Below are positions 39,998 to 51,090 of a DNA stretch of 64,000 bases, piece after piece. The notes beneath the pieces were generated by a model. That model saw only the letters and a program-made list of their open reading frames with translations, was not told the DNA's origin and did no database searches. The stretch's first letter is position 1. Every line of letters begins with the position of its first letter. Position numbers and translations under genes: made by a program. Origin of the DNA: an uncultured Candidatus Poseidoniales archaeon (GTDB taxonomy: Archaea; Thermoplasmatota; Poseidoniia; Poseidoniales; Thalassarchaeaceae); NCBI GenBank assembly GCA_905182515.1, contig CAJJBW010000007.1, forward strand, positions 17,025 to 81,024. Direction: 5' to 3'.

Positions 39998-41035
39998 TTG
40001 GAGTCGGAGGTAATCTCAATGCAAAATCCAATTACCCGTATAGAGCCACAACTTGCATCCAGATTAGCGAAGCAAAGTTATCACCTTGTAGGAGAACACG
40101 GAGGAGTGAAGGTATGTCATTGGACAAAGCAGAGTTTAATTGCCGATAGATCATGTTACAAAGGTACGTTCTATGGAATTCAAAGTCATGGATGTATGCA
40201 AATGGCGCCAAATGTAGATACATGTAACCTTGCCTGTACTTATTGTTGGAGGGAGCCTCATTCCGACACTCTGAATAAGATTGATGATGATCCTTATGAT
40301 TTGTTTTTACAATCCGTGCGTGCCCATCGTAGATTGATTACTGGATTTGGAGGGCACCCCAGTGTACCAAGAGAAAAATGGATTGATGCACAAGATCCTA
40401 AGCATGTTGCCATATCCCTTAATGGTGAGCCGACCCTCTATTCAAGACTAAGTGAATTTTTAGAAATTTGTCACCAACATGGGGTTTCGACATTTTTAGT
40501 TACAAATGGAAGTTTGCCAAAAGTAATTGAAAAATTAGACACTTTGCCGACCCAGCTATATGTTAGTGTGGATGCACCTAATAAGGAAATCTTTGACCGT
40601 ATATGTAAGCCAAAATTTGATACTAACGCATTTTATAAATTAGAACAAACTTTGGAGTTATTGCCCTCACTAGATACTAGGACAGTGTGTAGACACACAC
40701 TCATAAAAGGTGAATCCCTAGGTCATCATGAAGAATATGCAAGACTTGATAACTTGGCTGATCCTATGTTTATTGAAGCAAAGGGCTATGTCCACGTAGG
40801 TAAAAGTCAAAATAATCATACAATAGAAAACATGCCCAATCATACCGAGGTTCTCGATTTTTCTAATAAGTTAGCATCATTAGTTGGACGAGAAGTTCTC
40901 TCAGATAGAAGTGAAAGTAGAGTTGCATTAATAGGAAAAGAAATGATTCCGATTACTCTACCAAAGAAAATACGAGATTTACCTAGTGACCTCGGAATTG
41001 CTAAACCTCAAAATTTTTCACTACCTCAGGTTTGA
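39998..41035 (+). CDS. taw1: tRNA 4-demethylwyosine synthase Taw1/TYW1 (radical SAM)
   Basis: Radical-SAM CNLACTYC (Cx3Cx2C) and the auxiliary-cluster Cys triplet CHW...C...C, spaced as in Methanocaldococcus Taw1 Cys26/39/52. Confidence 0.88.
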   Translation: MESEVISMQNPITRIEPQLASRLAKQSYHLVGEHGGVKVCHWTKQSLIADRSCYKGTFYGIQSHGCMQMAPNVDTCNLACTYCWREPHSDTLNKIDDDPYDLFLQSVRAHRRLITGFGGHPSVPREKWIDAQDPKHVAISLNGEPTLYSRLSEFLEICHQHGVSTFLVTNGSLPKVIEKLDTLPTQLYVSVDAPNKEIFDRICKPKFDTNAFYKLEQTLELLPSLDTRTVCRHTLIKGESLGHHEEYARLDNLADPMFIEAKGYVHVGKSQNNHTIENMPNHTEVLDFSNKLASLVGREVLSDRSESRVALIGKEMIPITLPKKIRDLPSDLGIAKPQNFSLPQV

Positions 41036-41039
41036 TACT

Positions 41040-42851
41040 ATGGGCAGCCGTCTAGTAAGTATATTTTTAGTTTCTATTTTTTCAATATCAACATTATCTG
41101 GATGTTTTGGGAATGAAAATAATACTAATGATATTGAGAATTATCGACATTGGTTACCTGATGTAGAGGATAGGTCAGATATGATTTACAAGGATGATGA
41201 TGTTTTCAGTCGTGTCTCTATTAACGGGACATATGAAATTGATGAAGTAAGATCAATTTTTGTCCCCGTCCCTACAATAACTCTGACTGATGGGGGTGCG
41301 GGCATAACTGGAGATGCAGAAGTTCACCTTGGGTTATGGTTACCAATAATAGAAGGTTGTGATATGGAGAGTCAAGAACTTATAGATGAATGTCGAGTTC
41401 CAATAATTGCAGAAATAGGGCCATATTATAATGATGGAGATGTAGATGCGTTGACGCCAGCGGATAGATTAGGTAGATTCCTTATTGAAAATTTAGTTCC
41501 TCATGGATTTGGGATTGCACAGATATCAGTTTTTGGCACCGGAGAATCCAACCATTGCATGGACCTGATGGGATACGACGAACAAGAAGGAATTCATGCC
41601 GCAGTAGAATATCTAGGAAAATCTTCATTTTCAAATGGCGCAGTTGGAATAATTGGCAAGTCATACGATGGATCTACTCCATGGGAAGCAGCCGCAATGG
41701 GTTCAGAATATCTGAAAACTATAGTACCAATGTCAGGACTTATCGGCGCCCATGATTTAATGTGGAGAAATGGAAGTATGGAAGCAAGGGGCGCAATTAT
41801 GCATAATGGGGTATATGGTAGCTTCGGCCTAGATGGTAATCTTGAAGATTCCCAAAATGCATGTGAAGGTTATTTAGAAGGATATTATGCTGGCCCTGCT
41901 GCTTACTTATCTGGAGATAACTTAGCATGGACTGGCAGTGATTATTGGAGGGAAAGGTCATTCCTTGATCGTGCTTTAGAGAATTATAATGGTTCAGTAT
42001 ATATCATACATGGGATGCAAGATTGGAATGTTGATCCTCATATGGCCTTTCCAACACATAATATTTTGATTAATGCTGGTTTTGAAGTGAAGGGTTTGTA
42101 TGGTCAATGGGGGCATGACTATCCAGATAGAGAAGGTGGTCACTCTGGACTCTCAAGTGGCAGAGGTGCTGAAGCTTTTCCTCATACATTACGATGGGAT
42201 TGGGCAGATGATTTACTAGAGTGGTTTGATTATTATCTTAAAAATGAAGGCCCTAAACCAAGGTTGATAGCAGAAATACAAGATAATATTGGCTCTTGGA
42301 GAGTTGAGACTTCATATCCTCCAGAAGATCAAGAATGGTTAAATTATGATATGAATTTTTGTACAGTAATATCAGGAGGAGAGACTGTTACCCCTACATC
42401 TTCTTTAATTATTGAATGCCCTAAATTTAATGAAGAGGTTCGGATAGTTGGTACGCCAATATTTCATGTGGAAGCGTCCATATCTCCCTTGTCAACAAGT
42501 GGCCACCTATTTGTAGAAATGGTCCAGTCAAGTAATGGCATGCATCTAGGGCATGCCGTCATGGATTTACGATTTTTCGATGGAGGGAAAGAGGGACAAG
42601 TTTTGAACCCAGGGCAAACAGTACTTGCAAAGATGGAATTTTTTGGAATGGATGTGATAATACCTGAAGGAGATGGAGTTCAACTCATAATAACACAAAC
42701 CGGAGAAGATTATATTCCGAGTCCAGTGTCAACTTTGCCAGTTACTTTGGGATTGGGTGCATCAACAATTCTTGGCCTATCCACAGTCAATCGCGCATGT
42801 TCTGAACTTTTCCTACCGCCGATGCAACAACCATATCCACAATGCAATTAA
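41040..42851 (+). CDS. secreted lipoprotein, peptidase S15 / CocE-NonD family hydrolase (X-Pro dipeptidyl-peptidase-like)
   Basis: Start set to MGSRLVSIFLVSIFSISTLSGC (lipobox), 4 nt after the taw1 stop. GKSYDGS nucleophile motif typical of S15. Confidence 0.75.
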   Translation: MGSRLVSIFLVSIFSISTLSGCFGNENNTNDIENYRHWLPDVEDRSDMIYKDDDVFSRVSINGTYEIDEVRSIFVPVPTITLTDGGAGITGDAEVHLGLWLPIIEGCDMESQELIDECRVPIIAEIGPYYNDGDVDALTPADRLGRFLIENLVPHGFGIAQISVFGTGESNHCMDLMGYDEQEGIHAAVEYLGKSSFSNGAVGIIGKSYDGSTPWEAAAMGSEYLKTIVPMSGLIGAHDLMWRNGSMEARGAIMHNGVYGSFGLDGNLEDSQNACEGYLEGYYAGPAAYLSGDNLAWTGSDYWRERSFLDRALENYNGSVYIIHGMQDWNVDPHMAFPTHNILINAGFEVKGLYGQWGHDYPDREGGHSGLSSGRGAEAFPHTLRWDWADDLLEWFDYYLKNEGPKPRLIAEIQDNIGSWRVETSYPPEDQEWLNYDMNFCTVISGGETVTPTSSLIIECPKFNEEVRIVGTPIFHVEASISPLSTSGHLFVEMVQSSNGMHLGHAVMDLRFFDGGKEGQVLNPGQTVLAKMEFFGMDVIIPEGDGVQLIITQTGEDYIPSPVSTLPVTLGLGASTILGLSTVNRACSELFLPPMQQPYPQCN

Positions 42852-42901
42852 TTATACAATTTTTAGGGAAAGATTGAGTTAGGGATTGCATATTCCCCGA
42901 T

Positions 42902-43258
42902 ATGAATTGGCTTAATTTAATAGCGAAAGGAGTTTTTAGCGGAACCATAATTGTACTTGCAAGTGAAATAGCAAAAAGGTCAGCAATATTTGGTGCATTG
43001 ATTGTATCAATACCAATAGTTAGCATAATGTCATTGACTTGGCTTTACAATGATACCAAAGATGTCATTGAGGTTGCAGATTTTGCGGAGAGTATACTAT
43101 GGTTAGTTTTGCCTTCAACGTTACTGTTCATCCTACTTCCATATTTACTACGCAATGGATGGAGTTTTGAAAATTCTATGTTTATTGGAATATTGGCAAC
43201 AGTTATTGCATATGCAATAGGAATTTATTTTGCTTCAAACTATGCAGGGATATCCTAA
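42902..43258 (+). CDS. small membrane protein (DUF3147-like)
   Basis: 118 aa, 3-4 TM helices. Confidence 0.4.
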   Translation: MNWLNLIAKGVFSGTIIVLASEIAKRSAIFGALIVSIPIVSIMSLTWLYNDTKDVIEVADFAESILWLVLPSTLLFILLPYLLRNGWSFENSMFIGILATVIAYAIGIYFASNYAGIS

Positions 43259-43261
43259 TTA

Positions 43262-44980
43262 TTATTTTTTAGCTGCTAAGGGTTGTCGCCACCCTTGGCC
43301 AAATGAGCGTTTTGATACACGTGGTGCGGGAGGCATTTGCCATCGTTTATGTTCGTTAGATTTCATTGTCTGAAGTATCCATGTTACTGTTTTTTCATCA
43401 TATTCAGTGTTCACTATACCCCTCTCAATCCAATCTTCAAGTATAGCATCGAGAGACTCATAAGGAGGAAGAGAGTCTTCATCTTTTTGATTTGGCCTTA
43501 ATTCGGCAGAAGGAGGTTTGACAATTGTAGATTTGGGGATTGGTGCTTCCTCGCCGTTTTCTTCTGCTTCTCTATTGATTAAATTTGCTATTCGGTATAC
43601 TTCAGTTTTATACAGATCTCCAAGGGGAGCATACCCTCCACACATATCTCCATATAGAGTGCAATAGCCAATAGCTAATTCTGATTTATTACCTGTTGCT
43701 AAAGCCATTCCTCCGTATGCATTGGCATAGGCCATAACTGTTAATCCCCTCAAACGAGCCTGAATATTTTCCAAGTAAATAGGATCGACTCCGGGGTCAT
43801 TGATAGGTATTAATTCCTTCAAATATTCTTCTGATGAAATTTGTAACTCACTGAGTTCTACTTGATGGTAATGGGCTCCAAGCGTATTCATCAATTCTTT
43901 GGCATCTTTTTTAGAATGTTTGCTTGAGTAGCGCATTGGCATGGAAATACCATGTACAGCGCCTGGTCCTAAGGCTCGACAAGCAATAGCAGCAGTTACG
44001 GCAGAATCAATGCCTCCACTGACTCCTAAAACTACCGATTTTATTCCTGACTTATGACAATAATCCCTTAATCCTGTAGTTATTGCCTCTAACAAATCTA
44101 AATCTTCATCTTTATTTTTAAAATTGTCATCAGATGGGGTTATTTTTGCTTCTTTAATAATTAGTCCATCATATTTCTTATAATTATCAAATTCTATTAC
44201 TTTAGAAAGTTGTGGCTTATTCAAATCTACTAATAATATTGCCTCTTTCCATGCCGGAGCCTGCATAATATCTCCGTTTGGCCAAGAAATAGTTGATCTA
44301 CCATCAAATATCAAGTCATCATTACCACCTATTTGATTACACATAAGATATGGATGTTTCAAGGATGCTGCTGCAGATTTAACTACATCTATTCTAACAT
44401 TTTTTTTGTCTGCATGATAGGGTGAGGCCGATAGATTAACCGAATATGACAATTGTTTACTAATTTTAGATAATTGTTTGATTGGGTCAATGCCATAATC
44501 ACTGGGTACATGGCCAGCATGCTGCCAAGCATCTTCGCAAATTGTAATTCCCAATTTAGAACAATCAGGGGCTTCAATCGTAGATAATTCCGTACCTTTA
44601 TTGAAATACCTAGCCTCATCAAATACATCATAAGTTGGCAGAAGTTGTTTTCTATACAATTCTTTTATTTTACCATTACCTTCGCAATAAATGACTCCGT
44701 TTGAAGGTAATTTTTTTATTCCATCTGGATTTAATGGGCTTCCTATCAAAATTGGAATTGGAGAAATAATTCCTTTTATCGCTTCTATACATCTATTTAC
44801 AAAATCTTTTTCTAGAAGTAAATCCCTAGGAGGATAGCCACAAATAGCCAATTCACTAGTTACAGCAATAGTCGCCCCCTGTGAAGCAGCAATAGTGGCC
44901 AAGCGAGATATTTCAATAGAGTTTTGATGAATATCCCCCACGACCGAGTTGTGCTGTAACAGCGCGACGACACTCATCAA
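43262..44980 (-). CDS. nadE: glutamine-dependent NAD+ synthetase (N-terminal nitrilase/CN-hydrolase domain + C-terminal NAD synthase domain)
   Basis: CN-hydrolase E-K-C triad region (ICEDAW), PP-loop SGGIDS ATP-pyrophosphatase motif, 572 aa. Confidence 0.9.
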   Translation of the reverse strand: MMSVVALLQHNSVVGDIHQNSIEISRLATIAASQGATIAVTSELAICGYPPRDLLLEKDFVNRCIEAIKGIISPIPILIGSPLNPDGIKKLPSNGVIYCEGNGKIKELYRKQLLPTYDVFDEARYFNKGTELSTIEAPDCSKLGITICEDAWQHAGHVPSDYGIDPIKQLSKISKQLSYSVNLSASPYHADKKNVRIDVVKSAAASLKHPYLMCNQIGGNDDLIFDGRSTISWPNGDIMQAPAWKEAILLVDLNKPQLSKVIEFDNYKKYDGLIIKEAKITPSDDNFKNKDEDLDLLEAITTGLRDYCHKSGIKSVVLGVSGGIDSAVTAAIACRALGPGAVHGISMPMRYSSKHSKKDAKELMNTLGAHYHQVELSELQISSEEYLKELIPINDPGVDPIYLENIQARLRGLTVMAYANAYGGMALATGNKSELAIGYCTLYGDMCGGYAPLGDLYKTEVYRIANLINREAEENGEEAPIPKSTIVKPPSAELRPNQKDEDSLPPYESLDAILEDWIERGIVNTEYDEKTVTWILQTMKSNEHKRWQMPPAPRVSKRSFGQGWRQPLAAKK

Positions 44981-45033
44981 TTACTCAACATATGTTATGG
45001 CATTCAAGGCTACCGGAAATATAGATTAGAATA

Positions 45034-45639
45034 TTAATTGAATTTTACTCTAGGTGCTTCCCTTACTGTCTTATCTGTTACTCTGAAAAATTCTTTTGAA
45101 GTAAGACCCATTAATCTAGCGATAATTATAGCAGGAATTGAGGCTATTGCAAAATTATAGTTCAGCACCATTTCATTATAGAATTCCCTACGATCTGCGA
45201 TATTATCCTCCATTTTAGTTAAAGTATTCATGAATTTTAAATATTGACTGTCAGCTTTTAATTCAGGATATTGTTCTGCTACCGCCCTCAGAGACATTGT
45301 AGCTGCGGCCACCAACATATTAGAATCTCCAATTTTAGCCATGTTGGGATTACCTACAGAATTTGATGAATCATATGCCCCTCTTGCACTTGCAAATGAT
45401 TCCCATATTTTTGATTCATGTGAAGTATACCCTTCCACAATACCTTGTAAATTTGGTATCAAATCAAATCTTTCTTGTAATAAAACATCAATTTGCCCCC
45501 AATCTTTGCCAACGGTCAACGCAAGACCAGTGAGACGATTATAGGTAGACCACGCCCACAATAAAATCATTAAACCGATTAATAATAAAAAACATAGTGA
45601 TGCTCCAAACACTGCATATTCTATTTCTACCATATTCAA
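45034..45639 (-). CDS. lemA: LemA-family membrane protein
   Basis: N-terminal TM plus the LemA signature region (QYPELKAD ... RREFYNEMVLNYNFAIASIPAIIIARL). Confidence 0.85.
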   Translation of the reverse strand: MNMVEIEYAVFGASLCFLLLIGLMILLWAWSTYNRLTGLALTVGKDWGQIDVLLQERFDLIPNLQGIVEGYTSHESKIWESFASARGAYDSSNSVGNPNMAKIGDSNMLVAAATMSLRAVAEQYPELKADSQYLKFMNTLTKMEDNIADRREFYNEMVLNYNFAIASIPAIIIARLMGLTSKEFFRVTDKTVREAPRVKFN

Positions 45640-45675
45640 CCGTAGCCAGTCATCACTATTGAATATTAACCTAAA

Positions 45676-47139
45676 TTAAAGAACATTTAAGATAATAAAG
45701 TACATTACTAAAGAGCTAATGATAACTAAATTCATTCCCGGTATTAAGAGATACTCAAAATTACTTCTAGAGTTGCCCAATACTGCTATTTCACTACCTC
45801 TCTCCAGTCTAGAATTGGCCGTAGTACCATCTTTTCCTGTTACTTCAAGAAGTCTATTTTGGACATCGGAAACAAACTCTTCATCATTATCCCTTGGTTC
45901 AGCGAATCCTATTAAGTAGCATGGATCGCCGATTGTAAGTCCATGTAATATCCACTTATGTCTCAAAATTTTACCATTATTCCAACTTGCATATAATATT
46001 TCTCTGAATAGATCAAAATCATGAACATTGTGAGGGCATTCCCATTTTGTGATGTATTGCCCCAAATTCTGATCCTCAAATGTATTTGGTTGTATTAATA
46101 CGCCACCTGTACCATCATGTAAAACATAAGGATGGTTTCCTGAGTCGCGATCAACTTGATGCCACTGACGTCGTTTTTCGATTCGCTCGCGGCCGTTTTT
46201 ATCAGTTACCACGTGTTTTGTCTCAACAAGAATTTCATATGTCCATTTCCAAGAGATTAAGTCTTGGACAGCCCTAGATTTGTCTCTTCCCACATAAACA
46301 GTTGGTGGCTTAGTTACCCATTGCCTGACCTGACCAACCAGCTCAACCGAACCCACGGCCATGGACCTCACTAAAGAGGTTGGAGTTTCTAGAGTATCGC
46401 TAACTTTTCTACTTTTAATTAAAGACACTAATAACCAAATGAATGAAATTACTACTGGTAAAAATATCTGACCATATTTTAAGATTGTAAACTTAAATTT
46501 TGTAGCTTTTAAATCGTCATTATTTAGTTGCTTCCATTCTAAATACTCCAGAGTTGAGCCATTTGAAATAAATAAAATAATGAATGGAATTGAATTCAAT
46601 ATTAATAACATAGATATTAATCCGTAAGTGGATATTTCTGCAGGCTTGGGAGTCCCTATTTTTGTAGGATGTTCATCTAACACGCCTGATTCATCAGGGC
46701 GGTATCTATATGTCTTATTCCAGTGATTTGGACCAGGCGCAGCATAAACCCATCCTCTATCGTCAGAAGATGGTTGATGTATCCATTCCAATTTCCAAAA
46801 ATTAGTTATTTCCTTGGAGTGTTCGGATCTAATTTGGTAATCACGAGGTTTGGTATTCCGCCTAATTTCTCGTAATCTTCTTTGTAGTTGCGTAGGTGCC
46901 GAACCAACTATTAATGCCCCACCCAATATTAAACAAATTAGTGGAGGAATTAGATTTTCGAATGTAAAATCCAATTTATTTGTAAATAACATATTATTGA
47001 ATGTAAATATCTGAACTAAAAGTCCAACACAAAATATTATTATCCCCAATATCCAAATTACTTTACTCCAAAATTTTAATGGTACTGTGAAGTCTAAAAA
47101 TCCTGCATCTAAATTAATTTTATTCGAAGTATTGTCCAT
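45676..47139 (-). CDS. polytopic membrane protein of unknown function, LemA partner
   Basis: 487 aa with N- and C-terminal TM clusters and a large central soluble domain. It lies 37 bp downstream of lemA on the same strand. Confidence 0.5.
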   Translation of the reverse strand: MDNTSNKINLDAGFLDFTVPLKFWSKVIWILGIIIFCVGLLVQIFTFNNMLFTNKLDFTFENLIPPLICLILGGALIVGSAPTQLQRRLREIRRNTKPRDYQIRSEHSKEITNFWKLEWIHQPSSDDRGWVYAAPGPNHWNKTYRYRPDESGVLDEHPTKIGTPKPAEISTYGLISMLLILNSIPFIILFISNGSTLEYLEWKQLNNDDLKATKFKFTILKYGQIFLPVVISFIWLLVSLIKSRKVSDTLETPTSLVRSMAVGSVELVGQVRQWVTKPPTVYVGRDKSRAVQDLISWKWTYEILVETKHVVTDKNGRERIEKRRQWHQVDRDSGNHPYVLHDGTGGVLIQPNTFEDQNLGQYITKWECPHNVHDFDLFREILYASWNNGKILRHKWILHGLTIGDPCYLIGFAEPRDNDEEFVSDVQNRLLEVTGKDGTTANSRLERGSEIAVLGNSRSNFEYLLIPGMNLVIISSLVMYFIILNVL

Positions 47140-47497
47140 ATATAGCCCACAAATTTACCTAATATATTAGTATTTAAACTCTTGATTAATGACAAGCAAC
47201 ACCATATTTCTTCAATCTCCAATAATTATATGGCCACGGGGCTAAGAAGCCGACTACTAACAGTAATTAGAGCATTTCCACTTTCATGCGACACTAAAGC
47301 ATCAACAATTCCATCTAAACTTAATAATGATTCGGTAACTCTACTTGAACAACCAGTGCAAGTCATTCCTTGGACTGTGATAGTTGTAGTTTCGATCATA
47401 TGACTTGGTAAAAGTCATCCTTATTGAATACTACTAAAATAATTTATCACAGAAGAAAAGAGTATATTCAATACAATGAATTGTTCCGGATGGTTCA

Positions 47498-50400
47498 ATG
47501 GTAGTACCTAACTCACTAGGAGAACTTGATCCAGTTGCACTTGAGAATTCTCTTATGTATATCTGGGATAATGAGAAGACTTTTGAAAAATCTATTGATA
47601 TTCGCAGACAAAATAAGTCCCCTTTTACTTTCCTAGAAGGACCACCTACAGCAAACGGCAAGCCAGGGATTCATCATGTCTTATCACGACTATACAAGGA
47701 CATGGTATGTCGATGGAAATCAATGGAAGGACATATAGTAGAACGCAAAGGAGGATGGGATACTCATGGACTTCCTGTAGAAATTGAAGTTCAAAAGAAA
47801 CTGAATTTGATGTCAAATGAAGCGATTGAAGAATATGGGATGGAAAAATTTAATCAGAAATGTAAAGAGAGCGTTTGGGAATATGAGGAAAGTTGGCGAG
47901 AAATGACCGAAAGGATGGCTTTTTGGGTTGATATGGATAATCCATATGTTACATTACATGATGAATATATTGAATCCGCATGGTGGTCATTGAAGCAAAT
48001 GCACGATAAAGGATTGTTATTTCGTGGCCACAAAGTATTACCTTATTGCCCTCAAACTGGAACTAGTTATTCAACTCATGAAGTTTCACAAGGATACAAA
48101 GAAGTTTCTGAGCCTGCAGTATTCATAAAATTCAAGCTTATTGATGATGATGTATCAATTCTTGCTTGGACAACGACGCCTTGGACTTTGCCTGGTAATG
48201 TTGGTTTGGCAGTTGGGCCGAATGTGACTTATTGCCGCATCAAAGTAACCTCTCCTCCTTCCGAATCTTGGGAAGGAAGAGGGGGTGCAGAAGTAGGAGA
48301 AGAAATTATATTAGCCAAAGATTTACTTGGTAATGTCTTAAGACATCACATGGAAATAATAGAAGAGTTTCCTGGATCTGATCTAGTTGGTAAATCCTAC
48401 TCTCCAATATTTCCTGGCGCAATAGAAAGAGGGGATTCAATAACAGCTTGGACCATAGTGGCAGCTAATTTTGTAACAACCACTGATGGCACTGGAGTGG
48501 TGCATACTGCAGTTATGTATGGCGAAGATGACTATAATCTTGGGATGGAAATGGGGTTTCCTGCACAACATACAGTTGGAATGGATGGTAAATTTATCAT
48601 TGGAACTCATAAGATATTAGATAATCGTTATGTAAAGGATTGTGATTCTGATATAATTGACCATCTAGAAAAAGAAGGTAGTCTATATCGTGAACACATA
48701 TATACTCACGATTATCCACATTGTTGGCGAACTGATCACCCTCTACTTTACTATGCCATGGATAGTTGGTTTGTCCGCATGACAGCAGTAAAGGAAAAAA
48801 TAATTCAACATAACTCAGAAGTAGAATGGGCCCCTGAATGGACTGGGTCAGGGAGAGTTGGAGAATGGTTACGTAATCTAAAGGATTGGGCGATAAGTAG
48901 AGAACGTTATTGGGGAACTCCGATACCAGTTTGGATTTGTGAAGATTGTGGACATGAACACTGCATTGGCAGTATAGAAGAAATGAATGCTTTGAAAACA
49001 GCAGATTCGCCAACTCCTAAAGAATTACACCGCCCGTATGTAGATGAAGTTAGATTAAATTGTTCCAGTTCAAATTGTAATGGAGAAATGATACGTGAAC
49101 CGTATGTTATGGATTGTTGGTTTGATTCTGGTTGCGCGCCCTTCGCCCAATGGCACTATCCATTTGAAAATAAAGAAAAATTCACAGGCAGTTTTCCAGT
49201 AGACTACATATGTGAAGCAGTAGATCAAACAAGAGGGTGGTTTTACTCATTATTAGCAGTTTCAACTACGGTTTTTGATAGTATTGCATATAAAAGATGT
49301 TTGTCCCTTGGGCACATTTTAGATAATGAAGGAAAGAAAATGAGTAAATCTAAAGGTAATGTTGTTGACCCATGGGATCATTTTAACAAAGAAGGAGCAG
49401 ATGCAATTAGGTGGTATATGGTGACTCAAAGTGCACCATGGAACCCGATGAATTTTGATCCAAATGGAGTCAGAGAAACATATGGAAAGATGTTCTTAAC
49501 TCTATGGAATGTACATAAATTCCATTCTGATTATGCAGCATTAGATGGTTTTGATCCTGAGGATACAGGAGGATGGGTAGAGGTCTCAGCACGCAGACCT
49601 TTGGATAGATGGATTTTATCTAAAATAAGTCGAGTGGCTGAAGTTTTTAATGATAATTTCGCTTCATGGGAGTTTCATAAAGCAGGAAGAGATTTAGAGA
49701 GTTTTGTCGTTAATGACTTATCTAATTGGTATGTTCGAAGATCCCGTAGACGTTTATGGGATGAAATAGATAGTAATGATAAACGTGCATGTCAACATAC
49801 TTTACATGAGGTTTTGATAGTAGTTTCACGCTTAATGGCACCAATCTCCCCTTTTATGGCAGATAAAATACATCGTGACCTTGCTGGCTCTTCTGTGCAT
49901 TTAGCAGATTGGCCAGTTGGTTCAGAACTAGTAGATCGTGATTTACCTCCGCAAGATTATGGCCTTGAACAACAGATGGAATTGGTTAGAGATTTAGCTG
50001 AAGGCGGCCGTAGAATCAGAGTAGAATCAGGAAGAAGGCAGCGCCTTCCTTGCCGTAATGGATGGATTATTGGAGGGCCAGATATTTCTGATTTCCATGA
50101 AATCCTTTCCGAAGAGTTAAATGTTGAAAATTTGACTACCGAAGATGATTTGGATAAGTTTCAGAAAATAATTTTATTACCAAATAGAAAAATTCTAGGT
50201 GCGAAGTGTAGGTCGGATTTACCAGAAGTATTATCTCAATTGGAAACTGTAGATCCGGATTCATTCCTCTTAGAAGTGCAAGCAGGAATTGCTGCACTTG
50301 CTGGTTATGACATAATCATGGAAGATATAGAAATAAAAAGAATTGAAAAAGATGATTTTGCTGCTTCAACACTATCAAATGATGATTTAGGAGATGTCAC

Positions 50401-50686
50401 ATTGGTACTGGATATGAACACTGATTCAGATTTGCTTTCAAAGGGATTAGCAAGAGACATAATCAGAAGAATACAGTCAAAAAGAAAAGACATGAATTTA
50501 AATGTTGAGGCTATGATAAATCTATCAGTTTGGATCCAGGGGCTTACTCTTAATGATAATGATTGGACCCATATACAGAATGAAACAAGAACAGGTAAAG
50601 CAGCATTAAACGAAGGAGATATTCCAACTAATTCAGAAGAATTTAGCGTGGATGGTGTTACTATTTTCTTTAACACTACTTCATAA
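47498..50686 (+). CDS. ileS: isoleucyl-tRNA synthetase
   Basis: HIGH-region (PTANGKPGIHH), KMSKS, editing CP1 domain, C-terminal zinc-binding Cys pairs (CEDCGHEHC), 1062 aa. Confidence 0.95.
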   Translation: MVVPNSLGELDPVALENSLMYIWDNEKTFEKSIDIRRQNKSPFTFLEGPPTANGKPGIHHVLSRLYKDMVCRWKSMEGHIVERKGGWDTHGLPVEIEVQKKLNLMSNEAIEEYGMEKFNQKCKESVWEYEESWREMTERMAFWVDMDNPYVTLHDEYIESAWWSLKQMHDKGLLFRGHKVLPYCPQTGTSYSTHEVSQGYKEVSEPAVFIKFKLIDDDVSILAWTTTPWTLPGNVGLAVGPNVTYCRIKVTSPPSESWEGRGGAEVGEEIILAKDLLGNVLRHHMEIIEEFPGSDLVGKSYSPIFPGAIERGDSITAWTIVAANFVTTTDGTGVVHTAVMYGEDDYNLGMEMGFPAQHTVGMDGKFIIGTHKILDNRYVKDCDSDIIDHLEKEGSLYREHIYTHDYPHCWRTDHPLLYYAMDSWFVRMTAVKEKIIQHNSEVEWAPEWTGSGRVGEWLRNLKDWAISRERYWGTPIPVWICEDCGHEHCIGSIEEMNALKTADSPTPKELHRPYVDEVRLNCSSSNCNGEMIREPYVMDCWFDSGCAPFAQWHYPFENKEKFTGSFPVDYICEAVDQTRGWFYSLLAVSTTVFDSIAYKRCLSLGHILDNEGKKMSKSKGNVVDPWDHFNKEGADAIRWYMVTQSAPWNPMNFDPNGVRETYGKMFLTLWNVHKFHSDYAALDGFDPEDTGGWVEVSARRPLDRWILSKISRVAEVFNDNFASWEFHKAGRDLESFVVNDLSNWYVRRSRRRLWDEIDSNDKRACQHTLHEVLIVVSRLMAPISPFMADKIHRDLAGSSVHLADWPVGSELVDRDLPPQDYGLEQQMELVRDLAEGGRRIRVESGRRQRLPCRNGWIIGGPDISDFHEILSEELNVENLTTEDDLDKFQKIILLPNRKILGAKCRSDLPEVLSQLETVDPDSFLLEVQAGIAALAGYDIIMEDIEIKRIEKDDFAASTLSNDDLGDVTLVLDMNTDSDLLSKGLARDIIRRIQSKRKDMNLNVEAMINLSVWIQGLTLNDNDWTHIQNETRTGKAALNEGDIPTNSEEFSVDGVTIFFNTTS

Positions 50687-51080
50687 CATCAGTGCAATTA
50701 GAAGGTTTGTGGTTAAAGAGATATCAAGACTTTATGGAATATATCATGCAAATGGTGGATTGGTCGGCGAATTAACTTATATTTTTGGAAAGTATAGGAA
50801 GGCTATGCATTGTTCTCTATGTGACATAACGCATGGAAAAATTTCTATTAAGGCTAGTTGGAATAAATTAACCAAGAAGCTTTTGGTGCCTTTTGATCTT
50901 CTTCATTTAAATGAGAGAACTGAAGATTTAGTATTAATTTCAGAAAATAAAACCCCTTGTATCATAGCCAAAATAGACGGAGAATTACAAATATTAATAT
51001 CTTCTCAAGAATTGAATATTTGTAAAAAATCGATTGATAAATTTGAACAATTACTGGAAGAAAAATTAAAAGTAATTTGA
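50652..51080 (+). CDS. hypothetical protein (contains CSLCDITHG CxxC-like motif)
   Basis: 142 aa ORF overlapping the ileS 3' end by 35 nt. Possible internal start at MHCSL. Confidence 0.35.
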   Translation: MVLLFSLTLLHNISAIRRFVVKEISRLYGIYHANGGLVGELTYIFGKYRKAMHCSLCDITHGKISIKASWNKLTKKLLVPFDLLHLNERTEDLVLISENKTPCIIAKIDGELQILISSQELNICKKSIDKFEQLLEEKLKVI

Positions 51081-51090
51081 CATTATAATA

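Noticed and set aside
40986-41039. 54-nt overlap between taw1 and the S15 peptidase as given by the ORF track
   Set aside because: The peptidase more plausibly starts at ATG 41040 (MGSRLVSIFL... lipoprotein signal), 4 nt after the taw1 stop. No real overlap or frameshift needs to be invoked.
47140-47497. 360-bp region upstream of ileS with two small ORFs; considered a leader or regulatory RNA
   Set aside because: T-box or other aaRS leaders are not expected in archaea. The region is AT-rich with TATA-like boxes, consistent with divergent promoters. I saw no conserved structure by eye.
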